Positions 49,834 to 60,471 of a DNA stretch of 64,000 nt are shown one piece after another (position 1 is the stretch's first letter; the number at the start of each line of letters is the position of its first letter). This DNA comes from Candidatus Bathyarchaeota archaeon (GTDB lineage: Archaea; Thermoproteota; Bathyarchaeia; Bathyarchaeales; Bathycorpusculaceae). The stretch is from the NCBI GenBank assembly GCA_963775465.1, contig CAVZIW010000012.1, forward strand, positions 32,001 through 96,000, given 5' to 3'. The notes under the pieces are model-generated. The model saw only the letters and a list, made by a program, of their open reading frames with translations. It made no database searches and was not told the origin of the DNA. Both the position numbers and the translations under genes were made by a program.

Positions 49834-50574
49834 TTATTTTTTGTTAACGGTTGAGCCGCCTGAGGTGTTTATTGTTCCGAGTGTTGGTTCGCCGATGTAT
49901 TGGAGGTTGGATGCGCCGCTTGCTTGAGCATCTAATCTTCCGGTTAGGTTTATGATTGCGTGGCTTGCTCCGCTTAGGTCGATGTTTGCGTTGTCGACGG
50001 TTAGGTCAGTGAGGTCTAGGGTGCTTGCTCCTGAAACTGCTGAGGTGAGGTTGCTTGCGGTTCCTTGACCTGTTAGGTGTGAGGCTCCTGTTACTTCGAA
50101 GTTGATGTCTCCGGCGTTGAAGTTGTTTAGGTCCAGTGTGCTGGCTCCTGATATTTGGGCGGTGAATTGGTTGGAGCTGCTGAAGCCGTCTGCTGTTCCT
50201 CTGCTTGCTCCTGAAAGTGCAAAGTTTTCAAGGGATGGCATGGTTATTTCAGCTTTGTTGTTGAAGAGGCCGAAGAATATTCCTGGTTTTACATCGATTT
50301 TTAGAGTTTGGCCTTGCTGTGTTACTTCGATTCTGTCGAAGATTCGTTCGCTGCCAGAGATCTTTACGCTGTAGGAGGTAGATTGTGTTATGGTAACTTG
50401 GAAAGCTGAGCTGGCTTCAACTGAGGAAAATCCGGTGAAATCCAGAGTCTCTGTTCGCTCGTTGCCTGGCAGAACCCAAAGAAACACAAAGATTGAGCCA
50501 ATAACCAATAGAATGATAGCTACAGCGACTAAAACGATAAGAAGAGTACTTAAAGCCCTGTTTTTGTGGACCAT
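49834..50574 (-). CDS. Membrane-anchored GIN-head (DUF2807) beta-helix protein
   Basis: N-terminal TM helix, repeated SGAS motifs and a terminal Y.G.P. Confidence 0.88.
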   Translation of the reverse strand: MVHKNRALSTLLIVLVAVAIILLVIGSIFVFLWVLPGNERTETLDFTGFSSVEASSAFQVTITQSTSYSVKISGSERIFDRIEVTQQGQTLKIDVKPGIFFGLFNNKAEITMPSLENFALSGASRGTADGFSSSNQFTAQISGASTLDLNNFNAGDINFEVTGASHLTGQGTASNLTSAVSGASTLDLTDLTVDNANIDLSGASHAIINLTGRLDAQASGASNLQYIGEPTLGTINTSGGSTVNKK

Positions 50575-50704
50575 GAAAATCAGTTCCTCTCTATGTAAAA
50601 GCAGCTTAATGGCTTATTTATTGTTTTTTATCGCCATTTCGGTGCCTTAGTGCTTTTAGCGATGAAATTGAATCGACTACATTAATAACCATATTTAGAG
50701 GTAT

Positions 50705-50790
50705 GCAAAATTTAGTTGTGTCATTATTTTGTGTTTTTTTCTTTATCTGCTAGAACAACAACACCTAAAAAATTCTTGTTGTTGTTCTTC
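50705..50790. repeat. Dispersed intergenic hairpin element, copy B
   Basis: Matches 11968-12047; stem AGAACAACAACA/TGTTGTTGTTCT around the identical 13-nt loop. Confidence 0.85.
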
Positions 50791-50950
50791 TATCTGTCTA
50801 TTCTTACTGATAATCTACGCGCGCGAACTGTTATCGCCTACAGAAACTTTTCAGCTACTTCTCTTTTAAGATCGTTTACGTGTTTTAGTAATTCGTATTC
50901 TGTCATGGTTGCAGGGCGGATTTGCACAGCAAAATGCCTACTTCTTTTGG

Positions 50951-51514
50951 TTAGGTCATCTCAGAAAACAACTGGGAAGTCATTTCCAAAGTGTCTCCAT
51001 CAGCAGACTTGATTTTGAGACCCATCTTTTTTGAAAGTTTAATCATTTTATAGTTGTCCCAGGAAACAAAAAAATTAATTTCATAAAGCCCCAACTCTCT
51101 CGCGATTTCGAAAACATGGCTCATAAGTTCAGTTCCTAAACCTATTCCTTGCCAAGCATCAGCAACGACGAGGGCGAATTCACCCCGTATCCAACTTTTA
51201 TCCATGTTCAATCGAGCAACAGCAACTATTTTATCTTCATTTTTGGGCAGTACAACTATTGCTATCTCTTTACTATAGTCTATATTGCACATTCGCTGCA
51301 GTGTTTCTTGAGGCAGTTCCTTTATTATTTCTAGGAACCTAAAGTGCAGACTTTCAGAAGATAAAGATTTTACAAAATCGTTTAGCCTTGCCTGGTCTGA
51401 TTTCTCGATTGGTCTAAAAACAACAGTAAGCCCGTTACTTAATGCTCGCACAGCAGTGCATCTTTCCCTAACCGAATCAGTGGTTATCAAATAGCATGCA
51501 TCCATGCGTTGCAT
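50951..51514 (-). CDS. GNAT acetyltransferase (Pat-type domain)
   Basis: RPI...D, LS.ES..FRF, EFALVVADAWQGIGLG and N..M..L..K.G motifs. Confidence 0.9.
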   Translation of the reverse strand: MQRMDACYLITTDSVRERCTAVRALSNGLTVVFRPIEKSDQARLNDFVKSLSSESLHFRFLEIIKELPQETLQRMCNIDYSKEIAIVVLPKNEDKIVAVARLNMDKSWIRGEFALVVADAWQGIGLGTELMSHVFEIARELGLYEINFFVSWDNYKMIKLSKKMGLKIKSADGDTLEMTSQLFSEMT

Positions 51515-51749
51515 TTACATTGTTAAAGTTATGGATTTGGAGAGATATAACATTTAAGCTAAAGGTGAAAGCTGTATTTGCTTCAAACAAAAATCTTTTG
51601 CAGATAATTGTAGGAAAGCAATTTTATCTTATTTGTTCTTCCCATCCTTTGAGTGGGTTTTTCAATTAAATTAGATTAGTCAAATGTCTGTGTCAGAAGG
51701 CAAGTCTTAAAAGCAGATTACTGTAAAATAGCGGGAAGGTAGGTTTGGG

Positions 51750-52598
51750 ATGCAACAATTAGAGCTTCGGGATCTTAGTGCAGGATATGGTGTTGAAGAG
51801 GTAATTCACAGAATTAGTCTAAAGCTAACGCAGCCCTCAATCTACGTTTTGCTAGGTCCAAATGGCGCTGGAAAGACTACTCTTTTTAGATCTATTTGCG
51901 GTATTTTGAGACCTTTTTCTGGTCAAGTGCGATTAGATGAGTTTGATCTGTTCAGTTCTAAGGAGGCTAGGCGTAAGGTGGCTTATCTGTCTCATTTGAA
52001 TGCTTTGCCAGAGGAAATGACTGTTTACAACGCTCTGAATTATTATGCGGGTATTGAGGGGGGAGATGTTGAGCATGTTATTGATGTTTTAAGCCTTGGG
52101 GATCTTCGCGATAAGAAATTTTCCTCTCTGTCGCAGGGTCAGAAAAAGAGGGTTTCGGTTGGCAAGATCTTTCTTAGGGAGAGAGATTTGTATCTTTTGG
52201 ATGAGCCGACATCGAATGTGGATCCGAAAGTCTCCAGAGAAATAAGAGGGTTACTCACTGAGTTGAGCAAGGATAAGTTTGTGCTTTACTCTTCTCATAA
52301 CCTCTATGAAGCCAGAGAGATTGGCACCTATTTGATTGTAATAAAGAATGGTGAGTTAACTTATTTTGATAAGATCGAGAACGTTAAGACAAAGCAGTAT
52401 CGTGTGGGTATCAAAACTTTAAATGACATATCGAAGATGCTTCCGCAAGCTCGTCTTGAAAATGGGTACTATGTGGTTACGGTGCAAAATCCGCAGGAAG
52501 TCGCTGAGACTGTTGACTCAATCGTGAAGCAGGGCGGCAAGATAGTTGAGCTTCGAGAGCTGGACAATCCGTTGCAGGAGTTTTTTGAGGAGAGGTAA
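51750..52598 (+). CDS. ABC transporter ATP-binding protein
   Basis: GPNGAGKTT, LSQGQ, LLDEPT and SSH motifs. Confidence 0.95.
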   Translation: MQQLELRDLSAGYGVEEVIHRISLKLTQPSIYVLLGPNGAGKTTLFRSICGILRPFSGQVRLDEFDLFSSKEARRKVAYLSHLNALPEEMTVYNALNYYAGIEGGDVEHVIDVLSLGDLRDKKFSSLSQGQKKRVSVGKIFLRERDLYLLDEPTSNVDPKVSREIRGLLTELSKDKFVLYSSHNLYEAREIGTYLIVIKNGELTYFDKIENVKTKQYRVGIKTLNDISKMLPQARLENGYYVVTVQNPQEVAETVDSIVKQGGKIVELRELDNPLQEFFEER

Positions 52599-52600
52599 AT

Positions 52601-53311
52601 GTGAGTTTCTGGAAAGCCACTATGAATAGAAGTACGCGCTTGAGTAAAAGTTACTTTATTATAGGGACAATCACAACTATTTATGGAGTCGTTCTCTCAA
52701 ACCTTATGACGATAATTCCGTCAATAATTCCTCCTGACATTAACACTCCTGCCCCGATTGATTTGGTTGGCAGTTTTCCGTTGCTGTCGATTGCGCTATT
52801 GTCTTTTTCTGCTGTTTTGTTTGCGTTGCCGGTGGTCATGCTTTTTGTGTATGATAAAAATAACGGGGTGTTGGAGTATCTGCTCTCAACTGGTCTTGAC
52901 CAGCTGGACATCTTCAAAGGCTACGTGAAGGCATCTTTAGTTTTGGCGACGTACTTGTTGGTCTTTGCAATCATTTTAAATACGGTGGTCGGCATTTTTT
53001 TGGGAACCAGTTTGACCCTACTGGCAACTATAGCAACTCTTACTTTTGCAATTGGAATCTCAGAGGTGTTTCTTGTAAGCGTCTGCATGGTGGCTTTCAG
53101 TTCTCTTCAAAGAACACCCATGGGTGCAAACCAGCCGTTAGGCGTCGTAGTAGGTGTTGTTCCAATGTTTCCCGCCTTATTGCTTCCCTTAGCTTTTCCA
53201 ACGTACGGATTAGTTGTTGACTTAATCATCGCTGCTGTTACTTTTGTTGCTTCAATAGCATTATTACTCTCCACTAGCCGCCTGATTCGCAGAGAAAAAC
53301 TACTACCATAA
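52601..53311 (+). CDS. ABC-2 type permease
   Basis: Six TM helices and DK..GVLEYLLS motif; adjacent to the ATPase. Confidence 0.85.
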   Translation: MSFWKATMNRSTRLSKSYFIIGTITTIYGVVLSNLMTIIPSIIPPDINTPAPIDLVGSFPLLSIALLSFSAVLFALPVVMLFVYDKNNGVLEYLLSTGLDQLDIFKGYVKASLVLATYLLVFAIILNTVVGIFLGTSLTLLATIATLTFAIGISEVFLVSVCMVAFSSLQRTPMGANQPLGVVVGVVPMFPALLLPLAFPTYGLVVDLIIAAVTFVASIALLLSTSRLIRREKLLP

Positions 53312-53454
53312 AACACCTTTCTTTATTGATTCAAATTCAGAGTTTCTCAGCAAGGATTACGAGCATGAAAAGGAGACTATTCTTACTGATACGCATCATT
53401 GTTTTGTTGTTGCTTAAGTTTCAAATAACCTCAGGAGGAGTTTGATCCATATTT

Positions 53455-54558
53455 TTATCGGATTTTTTTGTCTAGTTCTTTGGATAGCTCTTCCAGAAGT
53501 GCTCTTTGGTGTTGGGTTAGCACTTTAGGAACTGACACATTTACTCGGACTCGTAAATCGCCTTTGCCGTATCCGCCCATTTTTGGCATGCCTCTGCCTT
53601 TGACCCTTAGAATCTGTCCTGGTTGTGTTCCAGGATGAATTCTCAGTTCTGCTTTTCCTTCGATTGCGGGCAGGGTGACTTCTGCGCCTAATGCTGCTTG
53701 AGTCATGCTAATATGCAGGTCGTATAGGAGGTCATCGCCTTCTCTTTTGAAGTATCGATGAGGAATAATGTGAATCATGATGTATAGATCTCCTGGGGGA
53801 CCACCGTCGGGGGCTGCGTCTCCTTGTCTTTGGAGCCTGAGTTGGTATCCTTCTGGTATGCCGACTGGGATCTTTACTGTTATTTTTCGTTCTCTTTTTA
53901 TTAATCCCTGTCTGTTGCAGGTTCTGCATGGGTTAGTGATCGTTTGACCTGTACCGCTGCAGGCTGAGCACTCCACTATTTGCACGAACGCGTTGGAGCC
54001 TCTTCTTCTTACGTTTTGGACTTTTCCTGATCCTTTGCATACTCGGCAAGTTTGTATTGAGGATCCTGGAGCTGCTCCTGAGCCGCCGCAAGTTGGGCAT
54101 TTCTCGATTCGGGGGATTTGGATTTCTTTTTCGGCGCCGCGTGCTGCTTCTTCAAGGGTTATGTAGACTTCGTAGCCTAAATCTCGCCCGCGGATGGCTC
54201 TTTGTGTTTCTACAAAGTCTTGGTCGCCAAAGAAGACGCTGAAGAGATCGCCAAAACCGGAGCTGACGCCCATGTCGCGGAATATGGAGTCAAAATCGGC
54301 GCCTCGGAATATGTCCTCTCGAGTGTATCGTTGGTCGAAGCCTGTGCTCCCTAAATTGTCGTATTGTTGTCGTTTTTCGTCATCCGATAGGACTGCATAT
54401 GCTTCAGAGATTTCTTTGAACTTCTCTTCGGCTCCTGGGGATTTATTTCTGTCAGGATGGTACTGCAGAGCTAGTTTTCTGTAGGCGTTTTTTATCGCGT
54501 CTTTGGACGCGTCTTTTGGAACGTTTAGAATTTCGTAGTAGTTCTTTTTTTCAGCCAT
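53455..54558 (-). CDS. dnaJ: Molecular chaperone DnaJ
   Basis: HPD J-domain, G/F region and four CxxCxGxG-type repeats. Confidence 0.96.
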   Translation of the reverse strand: MAEKKNYYEILNVPKDASKDAIKNAYRKLALQYHPDRNKSPGAEEKFKEISEAYAVLSDDEKRQQYDNLGSTGFDQRYTREDIFRGADFDSIFRDMGVSSGFGDLFSVFFGDQDFVETQRAIRGRDLGYEVYITLEEAARGAEKEIQIPRIEKCPTCGGSGAAPGSSIQTCRVCKGSGKVQNVRRRGSNAFVQIVECSACSGTGQTITNPCRTCNRQGLIKRERKITVKIPVGIPEGYQLRLQRQGDAAPDGGPPGDLYIMIHIIPHRYFKREGDDLLYDLHISMTQAALGAEVTLPAIEGKAELRIHPGTQPGQILRVKGRGMPKMGGYGKGDLRVRVNVSVPKVLTQHQRALLEELSKELDKKIR

Positions 54559-54928
54559 TAATTTCGCATCCGTATTCTATATGGGCGTGTATGTCTGTTC
54601 TAGAGAGATTAGTTCAGCGACCTACAAATAATCTACGGAAGAATATATGTGATTCTATTCTTTGCATGGGCAGGGCGTTTTAGTGGATAAAATAATATTT
54701 AATAGAGATGAACCACATTCAAAAAAACTTGTTGCTCTTCTCGGATAAAGCGTGTAGACGTGTGGAGTTTTTTTCGTGTTTTTGATATTCTGATTTTAGG
54801 TTGTTTTTTGTGGTTAGCCGCTAAAATTGCTCCAAAGTGTGTTACAGCAAGTTTTTGTTTTAGAAAAAGTTATAGCGTAGGTGGTCATTAAGCCATAACT
54901 AAAACAGATCTTTGGATGGTTATGTTTC

Positions 54929-56015
54929 GTGCCTGAAATTCGCGTAGCAATCGTTGGCGTTGGCAACAGCGCATCAGCCCTCGTCCAGGGAACCCAATAC
55001 TATAAGAACTGCAAAAGAAGACGAAACCGTGCCTGGCTTGATGCATGTAAATTACGGTGGCTACCATATTCGTGACATTCGTTTTGTTGCGGCTTTTGAA
55101 GTTAACAAGGATAAAATCGGCAAGGATCTCAGTGAAGCTATTTGGGTTAAGCCGAATTGTTGTGAAAAGTTTGCTGATGTGCCCAACCTTGGGGTTACGG
55201 TTTCTGCAGCGCCTATCCTTGATGGTGTTGCGCCTCATATGCGGGAAACTTTCAACGTTTATGATGATTCTGCGACTTCCAAAGATATTGTTGTAAATAT
55301 ATTAAAAGAGTCAAAAGCTCAGGTTTTGGTTAACTATTTGCCTGTGGGTAGCCATGATGCCGTACGGTATTATGCGCAGTGTGCCATCGATGCTGGTTGT
55401 GCTTTTGTTAATTGTATGCCAGAGTTTATCGGTTCAGATGCATCTAAAGAGTGGCCTGCAAAGTTTGAGAAGGCAGGTTTGCCTGTTTTGGGTGATGATA
55501 TTAAGAGTCAGGTCGGTGCGACTATTCTTCATCGGCAGCTTGTGCGTCTTTGTCTTGACCGGGGAGTGATTGTTGATGAGACCTATCAGCTAAATCTTGG
55601 CGGCGATACTGATTTTCAGAACATGACTGTTGAGAACCGTCTCAAGTCTAAGCGCATAAGCAAAACTGAGGCTGTAACTAGCCTTGTGCCGTATCCTTTG
55701 CCTACTCGTATTGGTCCGAGCGATTTTGTGCCGTTTCTTAAGAACAAGAAAATCTGTTACATCTCTCTTAAAGGACGCAAATTCGGCGATCGCCCCATAA
55801 ACATCAGTGTAAAGCTTGAGGTTGAAGACTCACCTAACAGCGCTGGCGTGGTTATTGATCTTATTCGTGCGGCAAAGATTGCGTTGGATCGAAAGACTGC
55901 TGGTGCTCTTTTGAGTATGCCCTCTTATGCGTTTAAGCATCCGCCCATCCAGATTCCTGATTCTCAGGCTCGTCAGTGGACTGAGGATTGGATTGCGGGT
56001 AAACGTGAACGTTAA
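54929..56015 (+). pseudogene. ino1: Inositol-3-phosphate synthase, frameshifted at about 55010
   Basis: GTG 54929 gives PEIRVAIVGVGNSASALVQG..YYKN. One extra T precedes AKEDETVPGLMH..GDDIKSQVGAT..EDSPNSAG. Confidence 0.9.
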
Positions 56016-56089
56016 AATTCTTTTTTCTTCATGAAACCTTTTATTTTAGATTTTTGTTGGTTATTCAGTAACGTTAGAAGGTTTGTGTT

Positions 56090-56509
56090 ATGGTAAAAGT
56101 TGAAGCATACGAAGTTCCTGAAGGTCTTTATTTTTCCAAGGATTTTGAATGGGTAAAAATTGAAGGCGACAAGGTTCGGATCGGCATCACAGATTACGCG
56201 CAGAAATCTTTGCGCGAGATCGTCTACGCGGAGTTGCCAAGTGTTGGTTCGGATGTTAAGCAGGATGAGCCGTACGGCACTTTGGAGTCGGTAAAGGCTG
56301 TCTCAGATTTAGTTGCGCCGGTGAGTGGAACGATTCTGGAAGTTAACGATGAGGTTCAGTCAAAGCCTGAAACTTTAAACGAAGATCCGTTTGGGAAAGG
56401 TTGGTTGCTTGTTGTTAAGCCTTCGAATTTGCAGGCAGAGCTTGCTAACATCATGGATTTTGACAATGCAGTCGAGTGGCATAAAGCTCAAGCAGCTGCA
56501 AAATGTTGA
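56090..56509 (+). CDS. gcvH: Glycine cleavage H protein (lipoyl carrier)
   Basis: IGITDYAQ, ESVKAVSD (lipoyl-Lys) and NEDPF..GWL motifs. Confidence 0.93.
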   Translation: MVKVEAYEVPEGLYFSKDFEWVKIEGDKVRIGITDYAQKSLREIVYAELPSVGSDVKQDEPYGTLESVKAVSDLVAPVSGTILEVNDEVQSKPETLNEDPFGKGWLLVVKPSNLQAELANIMDFDNAVEWHKAQAAAKC

Positions 56510-56523
56510 CCAGGGCGACTTAG

Positions 56524-57870
56524 ATGGTTAGACGCATAATCATCATAGGTGCTAACGCGTCGGGTGTTGAAGCTGCTTCCGCTGCCCGCAAGAAAGACCG
56601 TACTGCAGAAATCACCCTCATCACTCAGGAAGTAAATGCGGGTTACTCTCGTTGTGGTTTGCCTTTTGTTATCGGCGGAACCATATCTGCTTTTAGGGAT
56701 TTGATTGTTTATCCTCCTGCTTATTTTCAGATGCTTAAGCTGAATTTGCGCACTGAAACCAAGGCTTTGGCAATTAACACTAAGGAAAAGACTGTGAATG
56801 TGCAGACTGCTGGAGGACCTGTGGAAACGTTGGCGTATGATGCTCTTGTGATTGCTACAGGCGCGGATTCGTTTATGCCGCCTATCAAAGGTAGAGAAAA
56901 ACCAGGTATTCTTTCCTTGCGTGACATTGAGGATGGCGAGAAGATTGATGCTGCTGTTAAGGCAGGCGCTAAATCTGCTGTAATTATGGGTGCTGGCCTG
57001 ATCGGTTTAGAAGTGGGCGTCGGCTTGATGGAGCGTGGTTTGACTGTTACTATTGTTGAGTTGTTGCCGCAGATTTTGCCTCAGTTGTTGGATGCTGATA
57101 TGGCAAAGATGGTTCAGGAGCATTTGGAATCCAAGGGTATGCGTATTCTTACTAGAAAGGGTGTTGAAGAATTCATTGGCGAGGAGAAGGTTACTGCGGT
57201 TATAGCTGGCGGGGAAAAGATTGAGGCTGACTTGTTTGTGAGCGCTTTTGGTGTGCGTGCAAACACAAGGCTTGCTGTTGAGGCTGGGATTGCGTTGGGT
57301 GAGTCTCGTGCTATCAAGACTAATGGCAGGATGGAAACTGAAGTTAGGGATGTTTACGCTGTTGGCGACTGCGCTGAGGCGCCGAGTATAATTACTCATA
57401 AGCCTACGTGTGCGCAGCTTGGAACCATTGCTGTTAGGCAGGGTAAGGTTGCGGGGACAAACGCTGGAGGCGGCTACAGCCAGTTTAGCGGGGTTTTGGC
57501 TTCTGCTGTGACGATGTTATTTGAGATTCAAGCAGGCAATACTGGTTTAACTGAAACCGGTGCAGAACGTAACCGCATCGAAGTTGTCACTGGAGCCATT
57601 AGCAGTAAGACCAGAGCTGATTATTTCCCAGGGGCTAAACCCATAAAAGTTAAGCTTGTGGTTGAAAAAGAAAGTCAACGTATAGTCGGTGGGCAGGTTA
57701 TCGGTGGAGAAGAAGTTACTCAACGCATAAACTGTCTTAGTTTTGCCATCCAAAAAGGAATGACGGTTCGTGAACTATCCAAAGCAGACACTGCATATGC
57801 ACCGCCTCTTTGCGAAACCTGGGAACCCATGGTTTTGGCTGCTGAACTGGTTTTGATGAAGCTGCGTTAA
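56524..57870 (+). CDS. NADH oxidase / CoA-disulfide reductase family flavoprotein
   Basis: YSRCGLP single redox Cys, ATGA, GAGLIGLE, AVGDC and YAPP motifs. Confidence 0.9.
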   Translation: MVRRIIIIGANASGVEAASAARKKDRTAEITLITQEVNAGYSRCGLPFVIGGTISAFRDLIVYPPAYFQMLKLNLRTETKALAINTKEKTVNVQTAGGPVETLAYDALVIATGADSFMPPIKGREKPGILSLRDIEDGEKIDAAVKAGAKSAVIMGAGLIGLEVGVGLMERGLTVTIVELLPQILPQLLDADMAKMVQEHLESKGMRILTRKGVEEFIGEEKVTAVIAGGEKIEADLFVSAFGVRANTRLAVEAGIALGESRAIKTNGRMETEVRDVYAVGDCAEAPSIITHKPTCAQLGTIAVRQGKVAGTNAGGGYSQFSGVLASAVTMLFEIQAGNTGLTETGAERNRIEVVTGAISSKTRADYFPGAKPIKVKLVVEKESQRIVGGQVIGGEEVTQRINCLSFAIQKGMTVRELSKADTAYAPPLCETWEPMVLAAELVLMKLR

Positions 57871-57929
57871 GCAGTTCCCCCTTTCCTTCTTTTTAGAAAA
57901 ATTTAAGTTTTAAACGCTCTAATTCTTGG

Positions 57930-58499
57930 GTGGTGAAATTGTTGAATACATTGATTGTTTACGGCACCCGATACGGTGCAACAGCTAACACCTCCGAGGA
58001 AATTTCGAAAATTCTTGCAGAAGAAGGCTTTACTGTTAAAGTTGCGAATGCAAAGAAAGAAAAAATTAAAGACATCTCACCCTATGAGCTTGTGATTGTT
58101 GGTAGTGGTATGCAGATGGGTAAATGGACTGGTGAAGCTCAGGATTTTTTGAAAAACTTCAAGGGCGAGCTTGGTTCAAAGAAGGTGGCGATTTTTGCTT
58201 CTACTATGAAGTCGGTTTCTGAACGGGAAGGAAAGCTGGAGGATTTGGAGAAAGCTCGGAAAATGAGCATTGATGATATTGTTACTAAGTATGGTTTGAA
58301 TCCTGTCTCGACTGGGTTTTTTGGTGGGGTTTTGGATTTTAATAAGATGAATTTTGTGTTTCGGCGAACGTTTGGTTTTATTCGGCCTCAGTTGGAGAAG
58401 GATGGCTTTAAAGAAAAGGAGCCTGGGGTTTATGATCTGCGTGATTTTGAGGAAATCCGCGTTTGGTCAAAGGAGCTTGCGGGTAAAGTTACGCAGTAG
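57930..58499 (+). CDS. Flavodoxin-domain protein (HemG-like)
   Basis: VYGTRYGAT, GS...GKW, FFGG and DLRD..I..W motifs. Confidence 0.88.
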   Translation: MVKLLNTLIVYGTRYGATANTSEEISKILAEEGFTVKVANAKKEKIKDISPYELVIVGSGMQMGKWTGEAQDFLKNFKGELGSKKVAIFASTMKSVSEREGKLEDLEKARKMSIDDIVTKYGLNPVSTGFFGGVLDFNKMNFVFRRTFGFIRPQLEKDGFKEKEPGVYDLRDFEEIRVWSKELAGKVTQ

Positions 58500-58500
58500 T

Positions 58501-58970
58501 CTATTCTATTTTGGAGGTTCCTGGTTGAGTGAAAGGTTCTGTCATGCCGACGAGTAGTTTTCCAAAGGTGTTTATGTGGTCTTCTTCTTCAGCTAATATG
58601 TCTTCTAGTAGTCGTCTTGTTGTGTAGTCGCCTTCGCTTGCTGCTGCTTGAATTGCCTGTTTGTAGAGAGTTATGGCGTCTTCTTCGTCTTGTTCGTCTT
58701 GTTTTAGCATTTCGATGAGGCTTCCGCCGACAAAGATCGGGTCCGGTTTAGTTGTGGCTACGCCGTTTAGGTAGTCTAAGCGTTCAGCTAGGCGTTCGGC
58801 GTGTTTCATTTCGGCTATTGCTGTTTTTCGGAATATATCTTCTACTGTGGTGCCGTCTATTCCTGTAACTTGCACGTGTTGCCACATGTATTGGATGCTG
58901 ACTTGGAGTTCTCGGGCTATTGCTTTGTTTAAAAATTCAAAAGATTTTGTGAGGTTCTTTGAGATAACAA
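58501..58970 (-). pseudogene. Bacterioferritin-like di-iron protein, 1-nt homopolymer frameshift at 58931-58935
   Basis: LNKAIARELQVSIQY, EMKHAE, E..A..LY and EEDH ferroxidase ligands. One added T joins the frame to TTG 58970. Confidence 0.85.
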
Positions 58971-59127
58971 AATAATCCCTGCATTAGATTAAATGAATTG
59001 GTATATAAATCAGATTAATGTTTTTTTTTGAATGCTGCTGGTTGAATGAGAGTTTTTTTGTGTTATTAGCGCAGGATTTTTATGCTGATTGTCTTAAAAG
59101 TTGTTTTGTTGGTGAATGTAGAGGAAG

Positions 59128-59682
59128 ATGTTCAAAATCGTAATCGTTGTGGTAGCAGCTTTGCTTGTTTCGTTGATAGTTGGGTTTGGTTTAGTGCTGT
59201 TTGATGTTTCGGGCGCTTTTGCCACTGGTACTGATAGTTTGCCCAATGATGCTGCTGTCGAGTCTGCCTTGGTTGTTTATGATCCTGGTTTGTCTGGTGG
59301 AGCTAAGGATGCTGCGACAAAGATTGGCTACAACCTGCAAACTGCTGGTTACTCTGTTGTCTTAGCTGGGGTAAGTAGTTCTGCTGCTGCTAACGTTTCT
59401 GGTTATGGTGTAGTTGTTGTGGGCGGTCCAATCTATGCAGGTCAGGCTTCCAGTTCGATAAAAGCATATTTGAATGAGCTGAACTTGGTTGCAGGCACTA
59501 AAGTTGGGGTTTTCGGTTTTGGAAGCGCTAGCATTGATGATTCTGATTTGGCGGTGGTTTTAAATGAAGTGGCGCCGCTTCCGAGTACGAGTTCAGTAAC
59601 GATTAATGCGGCTGTAAAAATTGTTTCAGGCAGCAGTATGGATGAAAAATGTTCTGAGTTTGTAGTTGAATTGTTGAGTTAA
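59128..59682 (+). CDS. Membrane-anchored flavodoxin-like protein
   Basis: N-terminal TM helix, VVYDPGLSG and VGGPIYAG motifs. Confidence 0.8.
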   Translation: MFKIVIVVVAALLVSLIVGFGLVLFDVSGAFATGTDSLPNDAAVESALVVYDPGLSGGAKDAATKIGYNLQTAGYSVVLAGVSSSAAANVSGYGVVVVGGPIYAGQASSSIKAYLNELNLVAGTKVGVFGFGSASIDDSDLAVVLNEVAPLPSTSSVTINAAVKIVSGSSMDEKCSEFVVELLS

Positions 59683-60363
59683 GTTTTGACTTAATTCAGT
59701 CTCAGTTTTTTCTGTTTGATTTGGTTGGGGTTTTTTCTTTCTGATTATTGGAAGGACAAACTCTACTACTACGAGCAGGATTATCAGTGAAATGATGATT
59801 GGTAGGCCCCATTGGTTGCCTCTTAGGAAAAGGGTTACCCATCCGAACCATGGAATTCGCATGACAACTTTGCCGATAACTAGGTTTTCTGGGACGCCTT
59901 GTCTTGTGCTCCAGAGTCTGTTTGAATCGTAATCGTCAGGTGAAGGTACAGCTGGCCATTTTTGACCGTTTCCGTCGCCTTTTGTTTGGAAATATAGGGT
60001 TCCGTCGATGTTTTCCACCGCCACTATTCGATGGACGATTGGGGTGTCTTGTGGTCTTGTTGGGTTTTGGTAGACGATTATGTCGCTGTTGGGGTAGTTG
60101 GTGTTTAGGTCTTTGGGGTCTATTTTTTGTATTACTATGATGTCGCCGACGTGCAGTGTTTGGTCGAAGGGGTGGCTCCAGCCGTCGCAGGCTCCGTCGT
60201 AGGGGACGCACATGCTGCCGCTTTCTACAACTCGAACTGGGACATCGGTGTTTAGCGCTATGCGTAGGCCGAAGAAGAATCCTAAAACTACTGCAATAAC
60301 AACAGCGATGGCAACTGCCGATTTGAAATAGTCGTTTTTTGTGATCTTTGTGATGGCGTTCAA
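59626..60363 (-). CDS. sec11: Signal peptidase I (Sec11-type)
   Basis: VVESGSM, GDII, IVHR and TKGD.N motifs, with flanking TM helices. Confidence 0.92.
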   Translation of the reverse strand: MNAITKITKNDYFKSAVAIAVVIAVVLGFFFGLRIALNTDVPVRVVESGSMCVPYDGACDGWSHPFDQTLHVGDIIVIQKIDPKDLNTNYPNSDIIVYQNPTRPQDTPIVHRIVAVENIDGTLYFQTKGDGNGQKWPAVPSPDDYDSNRLWSTRQGVPENLVIGKVVMRIPWFGWVTLFLRGNQWGLPIIISLIILLVVVEFVLPIIRKKKPQPNQTEKTETELSQNLTQQFNYKLRTFFIHTAA

Positions 60364-60471
60364 GTGCGTGCCTTCAATTGTTGACTCTGTAGTAGAAATT
60401 CATCAGGATTAATAAACTGCATTCCCAAGTGAGACAGCAAACAAGAAATATCTCTCTTCCAAGGTGTCTTT

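Noticed and set aside
49834-50230. Recurring GCTCCTG-like motifs
   Set aside because: They encode the SGAS repeats of the DUF2807 beta-helix.
46724-54558. cooC without CODH genes and dnaJ without dnaK
   Set aside because: Scattered paralogues are common and the partners may lie outside the window.
59626-59682. 57-bp convergent overlap of sec11 and the flavodoxin gene
   Set aside because: It involves a low-complexity tail, and short convergent overlaps occur elsewhere in the window.
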